A stretch of 64,000 bases of DNA, from positions 31,129-95,128 of the forward strand of contig CAZTFC010000001.1 in the NCBI GenBank assembly GCA_964612075.1, read 5' to 3'. The translations under genes and the position numbers were made by a program. Numbering within the stretch: position 1 is the stretch's first letter; each line of letters begins with the position of its first letter. The notes beneath the pieces are model-generated. The model was not told where the DNA came from. It saw nothing but the letters and a program-made list of their open reading frames with translations, and searched no databases. Shown piece after piece: positions 28,140 through 36,746 of this stretch. The stretch is from an uncultured bacterium (GTDB taxonomy: Bacteria > Desulfobacterota > Deferrimicrobia > Deferrimicrobiales > Deferrimicrobiaceae).

Positions 28140-29489
28140 ATGAAGGGCTCGATCCTGGTGGCGGAAGACGACCGGAACCTGCGGCGCATCCTGCGGGCGA
28201 TGCTGACGCGGGAAGGGTACGAGGTTTCGGAAGCCGTGGACGGCGCGGCGGCCGCCTCGTTCCTCGCGGGGCGCAGGGTCGACGCGCTGCTGACGGACAT
28301 CCGGATGCCGGGGATGGACGGGCTGGAGCTGTTCCGCCACTGCAGGGAGCGCCACTCCGGCCTTCCCGTGATCCTGGTGACGGCGTTCGGGCGGATCGAG
28401 GACGCCGTCGAGGCCATGCGCGCGGGGGCCTTCGACTACATCCTGAAGCCGTTCGACGAGGCGGAGCTTCTTCGCGTGGTCGGGAACGCCGTCGCCTCTT
28501 CCGGCGTATCCGAGCGCGAGGGCGCGAGCGCGCCAACGGAGGAGTGGTTCGGCATGGTCGGGCGGTCGCCCGCGTGGATGGAGGTGCGGAAGGTGATCGG
28601 GAAAGCCGCCTCCTCCCCGTTCCCCGTCCTCATCACCGGCGAGACCGGCACCGGGAAGGAGCTCGTGGCCCGCGCGATCCACCGGATCAGCCCCCGCCGC
28701 GACGGCCCGTTCCTCAAGATCAACGGGGCGGCGATCCCGCCGACGCTGTGGGAAGCGGAGATGTTCGGGTACGAGAAGGGGGCGTTCACCGGCGCCGTCC
28801 AATCGAAGCCGGGCCGGTTCGAGCTCGCGGACGGGGGCACCTTCTTCCTCGACGAGGTGGGGGAAGTGCCGCACGACGCGCAGGCGAAGCTGCTGCGCGT
28901 CCTGGAGGACCGCGAGTTCGAGAGGGTCGGCGGGGTCAAGACTTACTCCTCCGACGTGCGCCTCATCTGCGCCTCGAACCGCGACCTGAAGCGTGACGCC
29001 TCGCAGGGGAGGTTCCGCGAGGACCTCTATTACCGCATCGACGGGATCCCGATCCACCTCCCGCCGCTGCGGGAGAGGCTCGAGGACCTGGGCCCCCTCG
29101 CGGAGTTCTTCCTCGCCCGGACCTGCCGGGAGCTCGGAAAGGGGACGATGACGATCGCGCCGGGGACGCTCGAGGCGCTCGAGCGGTACCCGTGGCCCGG
29201 GAACATCCGGGAGCTGGAGAACGCCGTCGCGCGCGCCGTCGCCCTCTCGGAGAGCGGGGAGATCACCTCCGCCGACCTCTGCTTCGGGCTGGCGGACCCG
29301 GACGGGCAGCCGCTCCCGGCCACCCCCGAAGAGGAGCGGTTCCACGATTCCGTGCGGGAGCACAAGCGCGCGGTCCTGCGGCGGGCGATCGCCAAGGCCG
29401 GCGGGAACAAGACGAAGGCGGCGGAGATCCTCGGGCTGACCCCTACCTACCTGTTCCGGCTGATCCGGGTCCTGGGGATCGAGGGGTAG
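28140..29489 (+). CDS. Sigma-54-dependent response regulator (NtrC/Fis family: REC - AAA+ - HTH)
   Basis: 449-aa ORF with a receiver domain (ILVAEDD...D...K), a sigma-54 interaction domain (GETGTGKELVARAIH, GAFTGA, the ESELFGH-like loop) and a C-terminal HTH. Confidence 0.92.
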   Translation: MKGSILVAEDDRNLRRILRAMLTREGYEVSEAVDGAAAASFLAGRRVDALLTDIRMPGMDGLELFRHCRERHSGLPVILVTAFGRIEDAVEAMRAGAFDYILKPFDEAELLRVVGNAVASSGVSEREGASAPTEEWFGMVGRSPAWMEVRKVIGKAASSPFPVLITGETGTGKELVARAIHRISPRRDGPFLKINGAAIPPTLWEAEMFGYEKGAFTGAVQSKPGRFELADGGTFFLDEVGEVPHDAQAKLLRVLEDREFERVGGVKTYSSDVRLICASNRDLKRDASQGRFREDLYYRIDGIPIHLPPLRERLEDLGPLAEFFLARTCRELGKGTMTIAPGTLEALERYPWPGNIRELENAVARAVALSESGEITSADLCFGLADPDGQPLPATPEEERFHDSVREHKRAVLRRAIAKAGGNKTKAAEILGLTPTYLFRLIRVLGIEG

Positions 29490-29510
29490 CGGCGCCCTCG
29501 TCCCGTTTCT

Positions 29511-31226
29511 TCAGGGTTTCTCCCCGCCCTTGCCGCGGATCAGTGCCGAAGGGTTCTTCTCCAGGTAGTCGGCGAGCAGGCGGATGGAGCGGGCCGCCCT
29601 GGCGGTTTCCCGCAGGGCGTCGCTCAGCTCCTGCCGGGCCGGGGCGTCCGCGCCCAGGAGGTGGCGGTCCGCGTTCGCCAGCGCCCGCTCGGCGGAAGCG
29701 GCGGCCTTCCGCAGCTCCTCCAGCGTTCTCCTCGCCTCCGGGACGATCTCGGCGTCGACGCGGCTCATGGTCCGGTCGAAGGAGGCGAAGCTCCTCTCGG
29801 CCTCCGGGAGGGTCCGCCCCTCCAGGCGCCGCAGCGTCCGGTCGAGGTCGGCGATTGCCTGCCTCGTCTCGTTCCCGATCTCCTCGACGGGCACCTTGTC
29901 GAGCTTCGCGAGGAGGCGCTTCGCCATCGCCTGGAGCTCCGTCAGCTCGGCCGGCACCGTCGGGAAGCGGGGCGGCTTCCGCGTCCAGTCGATCTCCGCC
30001 TTCGGCGCGTTCGGGAAGAAGTCGAGGGCGACGTAAAGCTGCCCGCTGACCAGGCTGCCGCTTCGGAGCTGGGCCCGCAGCCCCTTGTCGGCGACCTGCC
30101 GCTCCATCAGCTGCTGCCGGGTCTTCAGCGGAACGTCCTTCCGGGTGACGGCATCCGGCTTCTGGAGGTGCGTGAAGAAGCGGTGCAGATATATGGCGGT
30201 CTCGACCCGTGTCCGCAGCGTCTGCGTCCCCGGGACGTACTCGAGGTAGATGTCCGCGACCTCGCCGACCGGCAGGCCGAGGAAGTTGACGGGCGCCCCC
30301 ACCGAAAGCCCCCGGAGCGAATCGGAGAAGTAGAGGGTGTACCGGTCGGCCGAGACCTCGCGCGGGGAAAGCGCGGTGACCCGGTCGGCGGAAAGGGGGA
30401 AGACCGCGTTGTCCGCGACGGCGGTGTTGTCGCCGCCTTCCGCGGGGGGCGTCTCGAACGCGATCCCGCCGACCAGGAGGGCCAGGAGCGATTCGGACCG
30501 CAGGGTGAAGCCGTCGGCCCCCGCCGTCACGTCGACCCCGCTGGTCTCCCAGAACCGCGTGTTCGGGGTGACGAACCGGTCGAAGGGGGCGTTCAGGAAG
30601 ATGTGGATGATCACCGACTTGCCGTCGTCCGCCAGCGCGTAGGAGATCACCTGCCCGACGTTCAGGCGCCGGTAGTACACCGGGGATCCCGCGCCGAGGG
30701 AGCCGAGGGTGTCGGCCCGGAGAAGGAACACCCGGCCCGGCACTTCGCTCGTCACGGGCGGGGGCGTATCGAGGCCGGTGAAGACGCGTTCCGGCCGGCC
30801 GGAGGTTCCCGGCTCGAAGCGGATGTAGTTCCCGGAGAGCAGGGTGCTGATGCCGGAGACTCCGCTCAGCGAAACGCGCGGCTTCACGACCCAGAACCGG
30901 GCTCCGCCGACCATCAGCTTCTCCGCGCTCTTCTCGATCTTGGCCGTGACGACGATCCGGGAATAGTCCTCCGACAAAGCCACCGTCTCCACCTTGCCGA
31001 TTTCCACGTCCTTGTACTTGACGGAGGTCTTGCCCGCCTCCACCCCCTCGGCGGACCGGAAGTAAATCCGGATCGCGGGCCCCTCGTTCATCTCCTGCTG
31101 GACGACGATGCCGATGCCGACCAGCGCGGCGAGGATCGGTACGATCCAGACGGCGGAGACCCGGTGGCGCCTCGCCTGGGCTACTTCCGAGACCGGGACT
31201 TCCGGGAGACCGTCGACTTCAGTCAT
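29511..31226 (-). CDS. pqiB: Intermembrane lipid transport protein PqiB (multi-MCE-domain)
   Basis: 571-aa ORF with an N-terminal TM anchor, three MCE domains and a C-terminal coiled-coil/helical region. Its start overlaps the upstream pqiA stop by 8 nt. Confidence 0.85.
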   Translation of the reverse strand: MTEVDGLPEVPVSEVAQARRHRVSAVWIVPILAALVGIGIVVQQEMNEGPAIRIYFRSAEGVEAGKTSVKYKDVEIGKVETVALSEDYSRIVVTAKIEKSAEKLMVGGARFWVVKPRVSLSGVSGISTLLSGNYIRFEPGTSGRPERVFTGLDTPPPVTSEVPGRVFLLRADTLGSLGAGSPVYYRRLNVGQVISYALADDGKSVIIHIFLNAPFDRFVTPNTRFWETSGVDVTAGADGFTLRSESLLALLVGGIAFETPPAEGGDNTAVADNAVFPLSADRVTALSPREVSADRYTLYFSDSLRGLSVGAPVNFLGLPVGEVADIYLEYVPGTQTLRTRVETAIYLHRFFTHLQKPDAVTRKDVPLKTRQQLMERQVADKGLRAQLRSGSLVSGQLYVALDFFPNAPKAEIDWTRKPPRFPTVPAELTELQAMAKRLLAKLDKVPVEEIGNETRQAIADLDRTLRRLEGRTLPEAERSFASFDRTMSRVDAEIVPEARRTLEELRKAAASAERALANADRHLLGADAPARQELSDALRETARAARSIRLLADYLEKNPSALIRGKGGEKP

Positions 31227-31899
31227 CTTCCCTCCCCGTTTCCCCGCCGGCGTCCCAGATCAGGCGCGGGTCGAAGGAGTCCGCGGCGAAGATCGTCAGG
31301 ATCACCACCGCCGCGAAGAAGAGGACGCCGGGCCCGGGCACCACCGACATGAACGGCCGGAACTGGATCAGCGCCACGACGAAGGCGACGACGAACACGT
31401 CGAGCATCGACCACCGGCCGATGACCTTCAGCAGGCGGAAGAGGCGCGCCCGCGCCCGCGCGTGCGCCGCGGAGCGGCGCTGCGCCGTGACCAGCAGGAA
31501 GGCGAGGGAGGCGAGCTTGCCCAGAGGGATGATCACGCTGGCGACGAGGATGATCAGCGCCAGGAACCACGACCCCGACTCGTAGAAGTAGACGACCCCC
31601 CCGATGATGGTGCTCGGCTCGTCGTACTTGATCGTCCTCGTCGTCATCACCGGGAGCGTGTTGGCGGGAAGGTAGCAGATCGCCGCCGCGACGATGCACG
31701 CCCACGCGTCCTGGAACGGCCTTTCGCGGCGGGAAGCGATCCTCTCCCCGCAGCGCGGGCATGTGGCGGCGCCGCCGGGGCCCGCCGGGCGGGAAAGGAG
31801 GCCGCACGTGCCGCAGGAGACGATGCCCGCCCGCGCGGCGGTCGGCGCCCCGCCCTTCAACGGAGAGCCTCCCCCGTCGCGCGCCGCTCGTCCGCCCAT
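31219..31899 (-). CDS. pqiA: PqiA-family integral membrane protein, second PqiA repeat (C-terminal half of a canonical PqiA)
   Basis: Taken from the track ORF 31219..32538, starting at its Met214. It has the Cys-pair zinc-ribbon motifs (SCGTCGLL...CPRCG) followed by TM helices. It overlaps the upstream PqiA-repeat ORF by about 43 nt in a different frame. Confidence 0.6.
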   Translation of the reverse strand: MGGRAARDGGGSPLKGGAPTAARAGIVSCGTCGLLSRPAGPGGAATCPRCGERIASRRERPFQDAWACIVAAAICYLPANTLPVMTTRTIKYDEPSTIIGGVVYFYESGSWFLALIILVASVIIPLGKLASLAFLLVTAQRRSAAHARARARLFRLLKVIGRWSMLDVFVVAFVVALIQFRPFMSVVPGPGVLFFAAVVILTIFAADSFDPRLIWDAGGETGREDD

Positions 31900-32570
31900 C
31901 GCACGCGCGACCAGGCCTCGCGCGGGTCGAACCCGGAGGACATCGCCGCGAGCAGGAAGGCCAGCGCCCCGACGGCGAAGAGACCGACCCGCGGGGCGAC
32001 CGACGCGAGGCGCGCGATCTTCACCAGCGCGACGAGGAGGCCGAGCATCATCACCTCCACCATCGACCAGAGCCCGGAAACCTCCGCCCAGCGCAGCAGG
32101 ACGCCGACCCAGCGCGGCGCGGGCGGCCGGCGCGTCGCGAGAAGGACGGCGAGAATCGCGGATATGTAGACGAAGGGGGCCACCACCGCGAACAGCGCGA
32201 CGAGCAGCGCCGCGGTCCGCTCCCCCTGCCGCCACATCTCCCTCGCGCCGCCGAGGACGGTCGTGCTGACTTCCTGGCCGGCGGTCGAAAGCCGCATCAG
32301 CGGCTCCGCGTTCGCCAGGAGGAAGACGACGAGGGCGGCGACGGCCAGCGCCAGCATCCGGTCGGGGGCGCCGGGCCTGCCGTGCGCGAGCGGGCGCCCG
32401 CAGCGCGGGCACCGGGCCGTCCCCCCCTCCGCGAGGGGAGGGACCCGCTGCAGGAGGTCGCAGTCGGGACAGGCGACGATGTCGACGGGCAGCGGCTCCA
32501 TGTCCGGTCTTGCCTCCGTGAAGACATTGTATCCGCATCCTCCGGGATCCGGGGATGGGAAAACCGTCAC
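31857..32570 (-). CDS. pqiA: PqiA-family integral membrane protein, first PqiA repeat (N-terminal half of a canonical PqiA)
   Basis: 237-aa ORF with CPDCDLL...CPRCG motifs plus TM helices. Its ATG overlaps the ybaK stop (ATGA). An internal Met (MEPLPVD) is an alternative start. Confidence 0.7.
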   Translation of the reverse strand: MTVFPSPDPGGCGYNVFTEARPDMEPLPVDIVACPDCDLLQRVPPLAEGGTARCPRCGRPLAHGRPGAPDRMLALAVAALVVFLLANAEPLMRLSTAGQEVSTTVLGGAREMWRQGERTAALLVALFAVVAPFVYISAILAVLLATRRPPAPRWVGVLLRWAEVSGLWSMVEVMMLGLLVALVKIARLASVAPRVGLFAVGALAFLLAAMSSGFDPREAWSRVRWADERRATGEALR

Positions 32571-33046
32571 CCGTCGTCGCGGGCGAGGTCGGCCTCCATG
32601 CCGCCGGTCAGGGAGAGCAGCTCTTCGGGCGTGACGGAGAACATGCAGTTGGTCTCCCCGGCGGCGGGGTAGACGACCTCGAACCGGCGCAGGGAGCGGT
32701 CGATGTAGACCGGGATTCCCGGGGGGAGCGGCACGGGAGAGACCGCGCCCACGGCGAACCCCGTGCGGGCCACGACCTCATCCGGGCCCGCCAGGCGCAC
32801 CTTCTTCCCCTGCACCAGGGAGCGTACCTTCTTCAGGTCGACCCGGCGGTCGCCGGAGACCACGACCGCCAGCGGGGAGCCGTCGGCCAGGAACAGGAGG
32901 GTCTTCGCGACCTGTCCGACAAGGACGCCGAGGCACCGCGCGGCCAGCTCCGAGTTGTGCGTGGACTCCGGGAAGCGGCGGATCTCCGCCCGGATCCCCG
33001 CCGTCTCGAGGAATTCCCGTACCTCGCGCTCGCCGATCGCCGCCAT
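32567..33046 (-). CDS. ybaK: YbaK/ProX-family aminoacyl-tRNA deacylase (Cys-tRNA(Pro) deacylase-like)
   Basis: 159-aa ORF with YbaK-family similarity across its full length (TLLF...VVV...G...VDLKKV...GF.VGAVSP motif pattern). Confidence 0.85.
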   Translation of the reverse strand: MAAIGEREVREFLETAGIRAEIRRFPESTHNSELAARCLGVLVGQVAKTLLFLADGSPLAVVVSGDRRVDLKKVRSLVQGKKVRLAGPDEVVARTGFAVGAVSPVPLPPGIPVYIDRSLRRFEVVYPAAGETNCMFSVTPEELLSLTGGMEADLARDDG

Positions 33047-33114
33047 CCGAATCCCCTCCAGAAAAACGCCGCAGGGGAACCATTATACCGTCCGTTCCGG
33101 GTCGTAAAAATGGA

Positions 33115-33149
33115 GATCCCCCGGGGTAAGGCGGGAACCCCGGGGGATC
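33115..33149. promoter_or_regulatory. Perfect 12-bp inverted repeat GATCCCCCGGGG-N11-CCCCGGGGGATC (candidate operator) in the ybaK/kef divergent intergenic region
   Basis: The repeat was read directly from the sequence. It lies about 70-100 nt upstream of the ybaK start and about 180 nt upstream of the kef coding region. No gene ends nearby, so it is unlikely to be a terminator. Confidence 0.4.
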
Positions 33150-33419
33150 TTCTGCCTGCCCGCGTATCTCTTGGCGGGGGATGCGGGCACGTGCCCCCCC
33201 TGGGAGGGGGAGCAGAACAGCCTTCGATACACAGTACTTCTCGGCGCGGCCCCGGGAAAACTTTAGGCAATTCCTGCGGGGCGGGACTGGTAGACTGGAC
33301 CTGATCACGCGCGCGGGAGGACGAACCTGGATCTTCACCTCGTTCTGCGCGACCTGGCGGTCGTCCTGGCCGCCGCGACCACCGTTGCCCTTCTGTTCCG
33401 GAGGCTCAAGCTTTCCGTC

Positions 33420-35318
33420 GTGGCGGCGTTCCTCGTCGGCGGGGCCGCCATCGGCCCCACCGGGGCGGGGCTGGTGTCGGAGACGGGCATGGTGAAGGCC
33501 CTCGCCGAGATCGGGGTGGCGCTGCTCCTTTTCACCGTGGGGCTGGAGGTCTCGTTTTCCAATCTGGGCCGGGAACGGCGGAGAATCCTCCTCGGCGGCG
33601 GGGGACAGCTCCTGGCGACGATCTTCCTCGTCTCGCTGCTCCTCCTGCCTGCCGGCTTCTCCGGGCCCGAGGCGGTCTTCGTCGGTTTCGTCCTCTCCGT
33701 CTCGAGCACCGCGATCGTCATGAAGGCCTACTCGGAGCGCATGGAGGTCGACAGCCCGCACGGCAGGATCTCCGTGGGAATCCTGCTTTTCCAGGACATG
33801 GCCGTGATCCCGATGATGCTCCTCGTCCCGTCGCTGTCGAACTGGGAGACGGCGCGGTTCTCCTCCGTGCTGCTCACGCTGCTGAAGGCGGGGGGGGGCG
33901 TGGCGAGCATCCTCCTGCTGGCGACGTTCGTCATCCCCCGCTTCCTGAAGGAGGTCATCCGGCTCAACAGCCGGGAGATCCTCGCGATGGCGGTCCTGTG
34001 CCTCATTCTCGGGACAGCCTACTTCGCGCAGATGTTCGGGCTGTCGCTGGCGATGGGGGCCTTCCTGGCGGGGCTGGTCGTCACCGAGTCGGACTACATC
34101 AACGAGATCGCCGCCCAGATCTTCCCGTTCCGCGACGTCTTCAACGGGGTCTTCTTCATCTCCGTCGGGATGCTGCTCGACCTGCCGTTCCTCGTCCGCA
34201 ACCTCCCCGCGATCCTGCTGCTCTCGGCGGCGGTGCTCGCGGGGAAGGCGCTCTGCGCGGGCGCGGCGGTCCGCGCGGTCCGGTATCCTTGGACGGAAAC
34301 GGTGATCGCCGCCGTGGGGCTGGCGCAGGTCGGCGAGTTCTCGTTCGTCCTGCTGTTCCAGGGGATCCGCGAGGGGCTGGTGGACGCGGGATTGAGTCAG
34401 TACCTGCTGGCCGTCGCGATCCTCACGATGGTGGCCACGCCGTTCCTGATGAACGCGGCCCCCGCGATCGCGCGCTTCTGGGCCTGCCGCGTCGCGAAGG
34501 CGCCCCGCGAGGCGGAGGAGGAGTCCCCGCCCGCGCCTTCGCTGGAGAACCACGTCATCGTCGCCGGGTACGGGATGAACGGGCGGAACCTGGCGAAGGT
34601 CCTCCGGTCCACGCGCCTGTCCTACGTGGTGGTGGACCTGAACGACGTGCTGGTGCGGCAGTTCCGGGAGGAGGGGGAGAACATCTACTTCGGGGACGTG
34701 AACAACCCGGAGGTCCTCGAGCGCCTCGGGATCGCGCGGGCGAGGATCATGGTCTTCGCCATCTCGGACCCGATGGCGACGCGCCGCGCCGTGGCCACCG
34801 CGCGGCGCGCGAATCCGGGCCTCTTCATCCTCGTCCGGACGCGGTACGTGGCGGACGTGGACGACCTGATCTCCCTGGGCGCGGACGCGGTCATCCCGGA
34901 GGAGTTCGAGACTTCCGTGGAGATCTTCTCCCGCGTCCTGCAGGAGTACCACGTACCGGACCACGTGGTACGGCAGGAGGAGGCGCTGATCCGCAGCGGC
35001 ACGTACCGGTTGCTCCGCGAGCGCTCGGTCCCCCGCGGGGGGGACATGCTGTCGCAGTTCGAGGAGTTCCTCCGGAAGAAGGTGATCGAGGTGTTCTACT
35101 TGTCGCCGGGGTCCTCCTGGGCCGGGAGGACGGTCGGGGAGCTGCCCTCGGGAGGGGACCCCGGGATCACGCTTCTCGCCATCCTGCGCGGGGACGACGC
35201 CGTCGTGCGGCCGGGAGCGGGGATGACGCTCGAGGCAGGGGACAAGCTCGTCCTCTTCGGGGGGCACGCCCCGCTGGCGTCCGTGCTGAACGCGCTGGCG
35301 GAAGGGGCGGGCCGATGA
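33420..35318 (+). CDS. kef: Kef-type K+/H+ antiporter (CPA2 family) with C-terminal KTN/TrkA-N and TrkA-C regulatory domains
   Basis: 632-aa ORF from a GTG start. It has the CPA2 membrane domain, a Rossmann KTN domain (VIVAGYGMNGRNLAKVL) and TrkA-C. The coding region evidently extends upstream to about 33327, where the first TM helix and an SD are encoded with a CTG as the only possible start (see findings). Confidence 0.88.
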   Translation: MAAFLVGGAAIGPTGAGLVSETGMVKALAEIGVALLLFTVGLEVSFSNLGRERRRILLGGGGQLLATIFLVSLLLLPAGFSGPEAVFVGFVLSVSSTAIVMKAYSERMEVDSPHGRISVGILLFQDMAVIPMMLLVPSLSNWETARFSSVLLTLLKAGGGVASILLLATFVIPRFLKEVIRLNSREILAMAVLCLILGTAYFAQMFGLSLAMGAFLAGLVVTESDYINEIAAQIFPFRDVFNGVFFISVGMLLDLPFLVRNLPAILLLSAAVLAGKALCAGAAVRAVRYPWTETVIAAVGLAQVGEFSFVLLFQGIREGLVDAGLSQYLLAVAILTMVATPFLMNAAPAIARFWACRVAKAPREAEEESPPAPSLENHVIVAGYGMNGRNLAKVLRSTRLSYVVVDLNDVLVRQFREEGENIYFGDVNNPEVLERLGIARARIMVFAISDPMATRRAVATARRANPGLFILVRTRYVADVDDLISLGADAVIPEEFETSVEIFSRVLQEYHVPDHVVRQEEALIRSGTYRLLRERSVPRGGDMLSQFEEFLRKKVIEVFYLSPGSSWAGRTVGELPSGGDPGITLLAILRGDDAVVRPGAGMTLEAGDKLVLFGGHAPLASVLNALAEGAGR

Positions 35319-36388
35319 CTTCCCTCCGGCCGGACCTGCGGAAGTACGAGCTGCTCCTCGGCCGGTATTTCCGGGTCCCCGCCTGCGATCGGGCGCCCGC
35401 CGAGCGGGAGAGGATCCTCCGGTTCCTCGGCGTCGGGAATCCCCGGGAGTTCCTCGGGATGCACATCCCCCTGTGGGAGGCCCGCGTCGACGAGCTCCTC
35501 GACCCGGCGAGCGCGGACATGCTCCCGGTCAGCCTCTCCCACTTCTACGTGAACTGGGTGCGCGGCGCGATCCGGTCGATGCCGGACGGCGCCCGGGTGA
35601 CGATCTTCTCCTCCAAGCTCAAGGCCACGGGGCTCAAAAAAGCGGTCCTCTCCCTCCTGCGCGCGCTGACCGGGAAGGCGCACCGGGATTTCGAGGTCGC
35701 GGACGTGCAGCTCCTGCAGAGGGTACACAAGGACACCTTCTTCTCCGTCCGGACGCCGGACGGCGCGAGGCACTCCCTCTACCTTTCGCGCTTCGGGTGC
35801 CAGGGGGAATACATCTTCGGCGGCCTTCCGGGACTGGTCGGGCTGCCCGCCGTCCCTGTGGCCTACCACGTGACGCCGCAGGGGGAGGAGGTGCTGCTCA
35901 AGCCGGAAACGAAGGGAACCAACATCTACCTGGACGAGGGGATAGCCGCCGCAAGGATACTGCGCGACGGCTCCTGGTGGGTGGAAGGCGCCGCCCGGCA
36001 GGACGCCCTGGGCGACTGCGTCGGCACGGCGCTCCGCTACGGCCATTACATCGCCACCCGGGAGAGGAAGGTGGTGATGGTCGACAACATCGAGCTGTTC
36101 CACCTGGACGACGGCGACGTCCGCGTCTTCGAGCCGATCCACGATCTCCTGCCCCGGAAGGCGCATCCCTCCGACGCGGTGAAGCGGGACCGCCTCCGCC
36201 GGAAGATGCGGGCGGACTATCTGAAGGCGTACGAGAACCAGATGGAAACGATCCGGGCGAAATGGCCGCAGATGGAGCGGTACCTGGCCGGGATGCACCG
36301 CGTCGTGCGCCGGTACACGGGAGAGCCGTTCGAGGCCGTCGCGGGGCGGGTGAAGGCGCGGGTCTTCGGGAAGGCGGGAGGGGGATAG
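35315..36388 (+). CDS. Hypothetical protein translationally coupled to kef (unknown function)
   Basis: 357-aa ORF trimmed from the track ORF 33998..36388. Its ATG overlaps the kef stop (ATGA). I recognised no family. It is soluble and has a charged C-terminal tail. Confidence 0.6.
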   Translation: MTSLRPDLRKYELLLGRYFRVPACDRAPAERERILRFLGVGNPREFLGMHIPLWEARVDELLDPASADMLPVSLSHFYVNWVRGAIRSMPDGARVTIFSSKLKATGLKKAVLSLLRALTGKAHRDFEVADVQLLQRVHKDTFFSVRTPDGARHSLYLSRFGCQGEYIFGGLPGLVGLPAVPVAYHVTPQGEEVLLKPETKGTNIYLDEGIAAARILRDGSWWVEGAARQDALGDCVGTALRYGHYIATRERKVVMVDNIELFHLDDGDVRVFEPIHDLLPRKAHPSDAVKRDRLRRKMRADYLKAYENQMETIRAKWPQMERYLAGMHRVVRRYTGEPFEAVAGRVKARVFGKAGGG

Positions 36389-36424
36389 CGCCCCCCTCCG
36401 CCGGCCCGCTTCCGGGGGTCCCTG

Positions 36425-36712
36425 TCAGCTCTTCAGGGTCTTGATGAAGTCCTCGATCGGCATCGCGGGAAGCGTCATGATCTGGATGGTCCCGCGCTCC
36501 CCGAGCGCCACGGAGATCTTCACCATGGTCTCGTTCCCCGGCGCCTCGACGATGTTCACGAAGTCGTACATCCCCAGCACCGCGTACTGCGCCAGGACCT
36601 TCGCTCCCATCCCCTCGATCTCCTTGTTCACCTCGAGGATCCGTTCCGGCTTCTTCTTCACGGTCTCGCGCCCGTCGTCGGTCAGCGTGCTGAGCAGGAC
36701 GTAGATGGCCAT
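36425..36712 (-). CDS. GYD domain protein
   Basis: 95-aa ORF with RBS AAGGAG. The GYD-family pattern (MAIYVLLSTLTDDG...GMYDFVNIVEAP) is present. Confidence 0.8.
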   Translation of the reverse strand: MAIYVLLSTLTDDGRETVKKKPERILEVNKEIEGMGAKVLAQYAVLGMYDFVNIVEAPGNETMVKISVALGERGTIQIMTLPAMPIEDFIKTLKS

Positions 36713-36746
36713 CGGCGTCTCCTTTCCGGGTGGGGGTTCCGTACGG

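Noticed and set aside
36377-36399. GGAGGGGG-atagcgc-CCCCCTCC hairpin at the 3' end of the kef-coupled gene, between convergent genes
   Set aside because: It is a perfect 8-bp GC stem, but it overlaps the stop codon and has no U-tract. It could be a weak bidirectional terminator but is unconvincing on its own.
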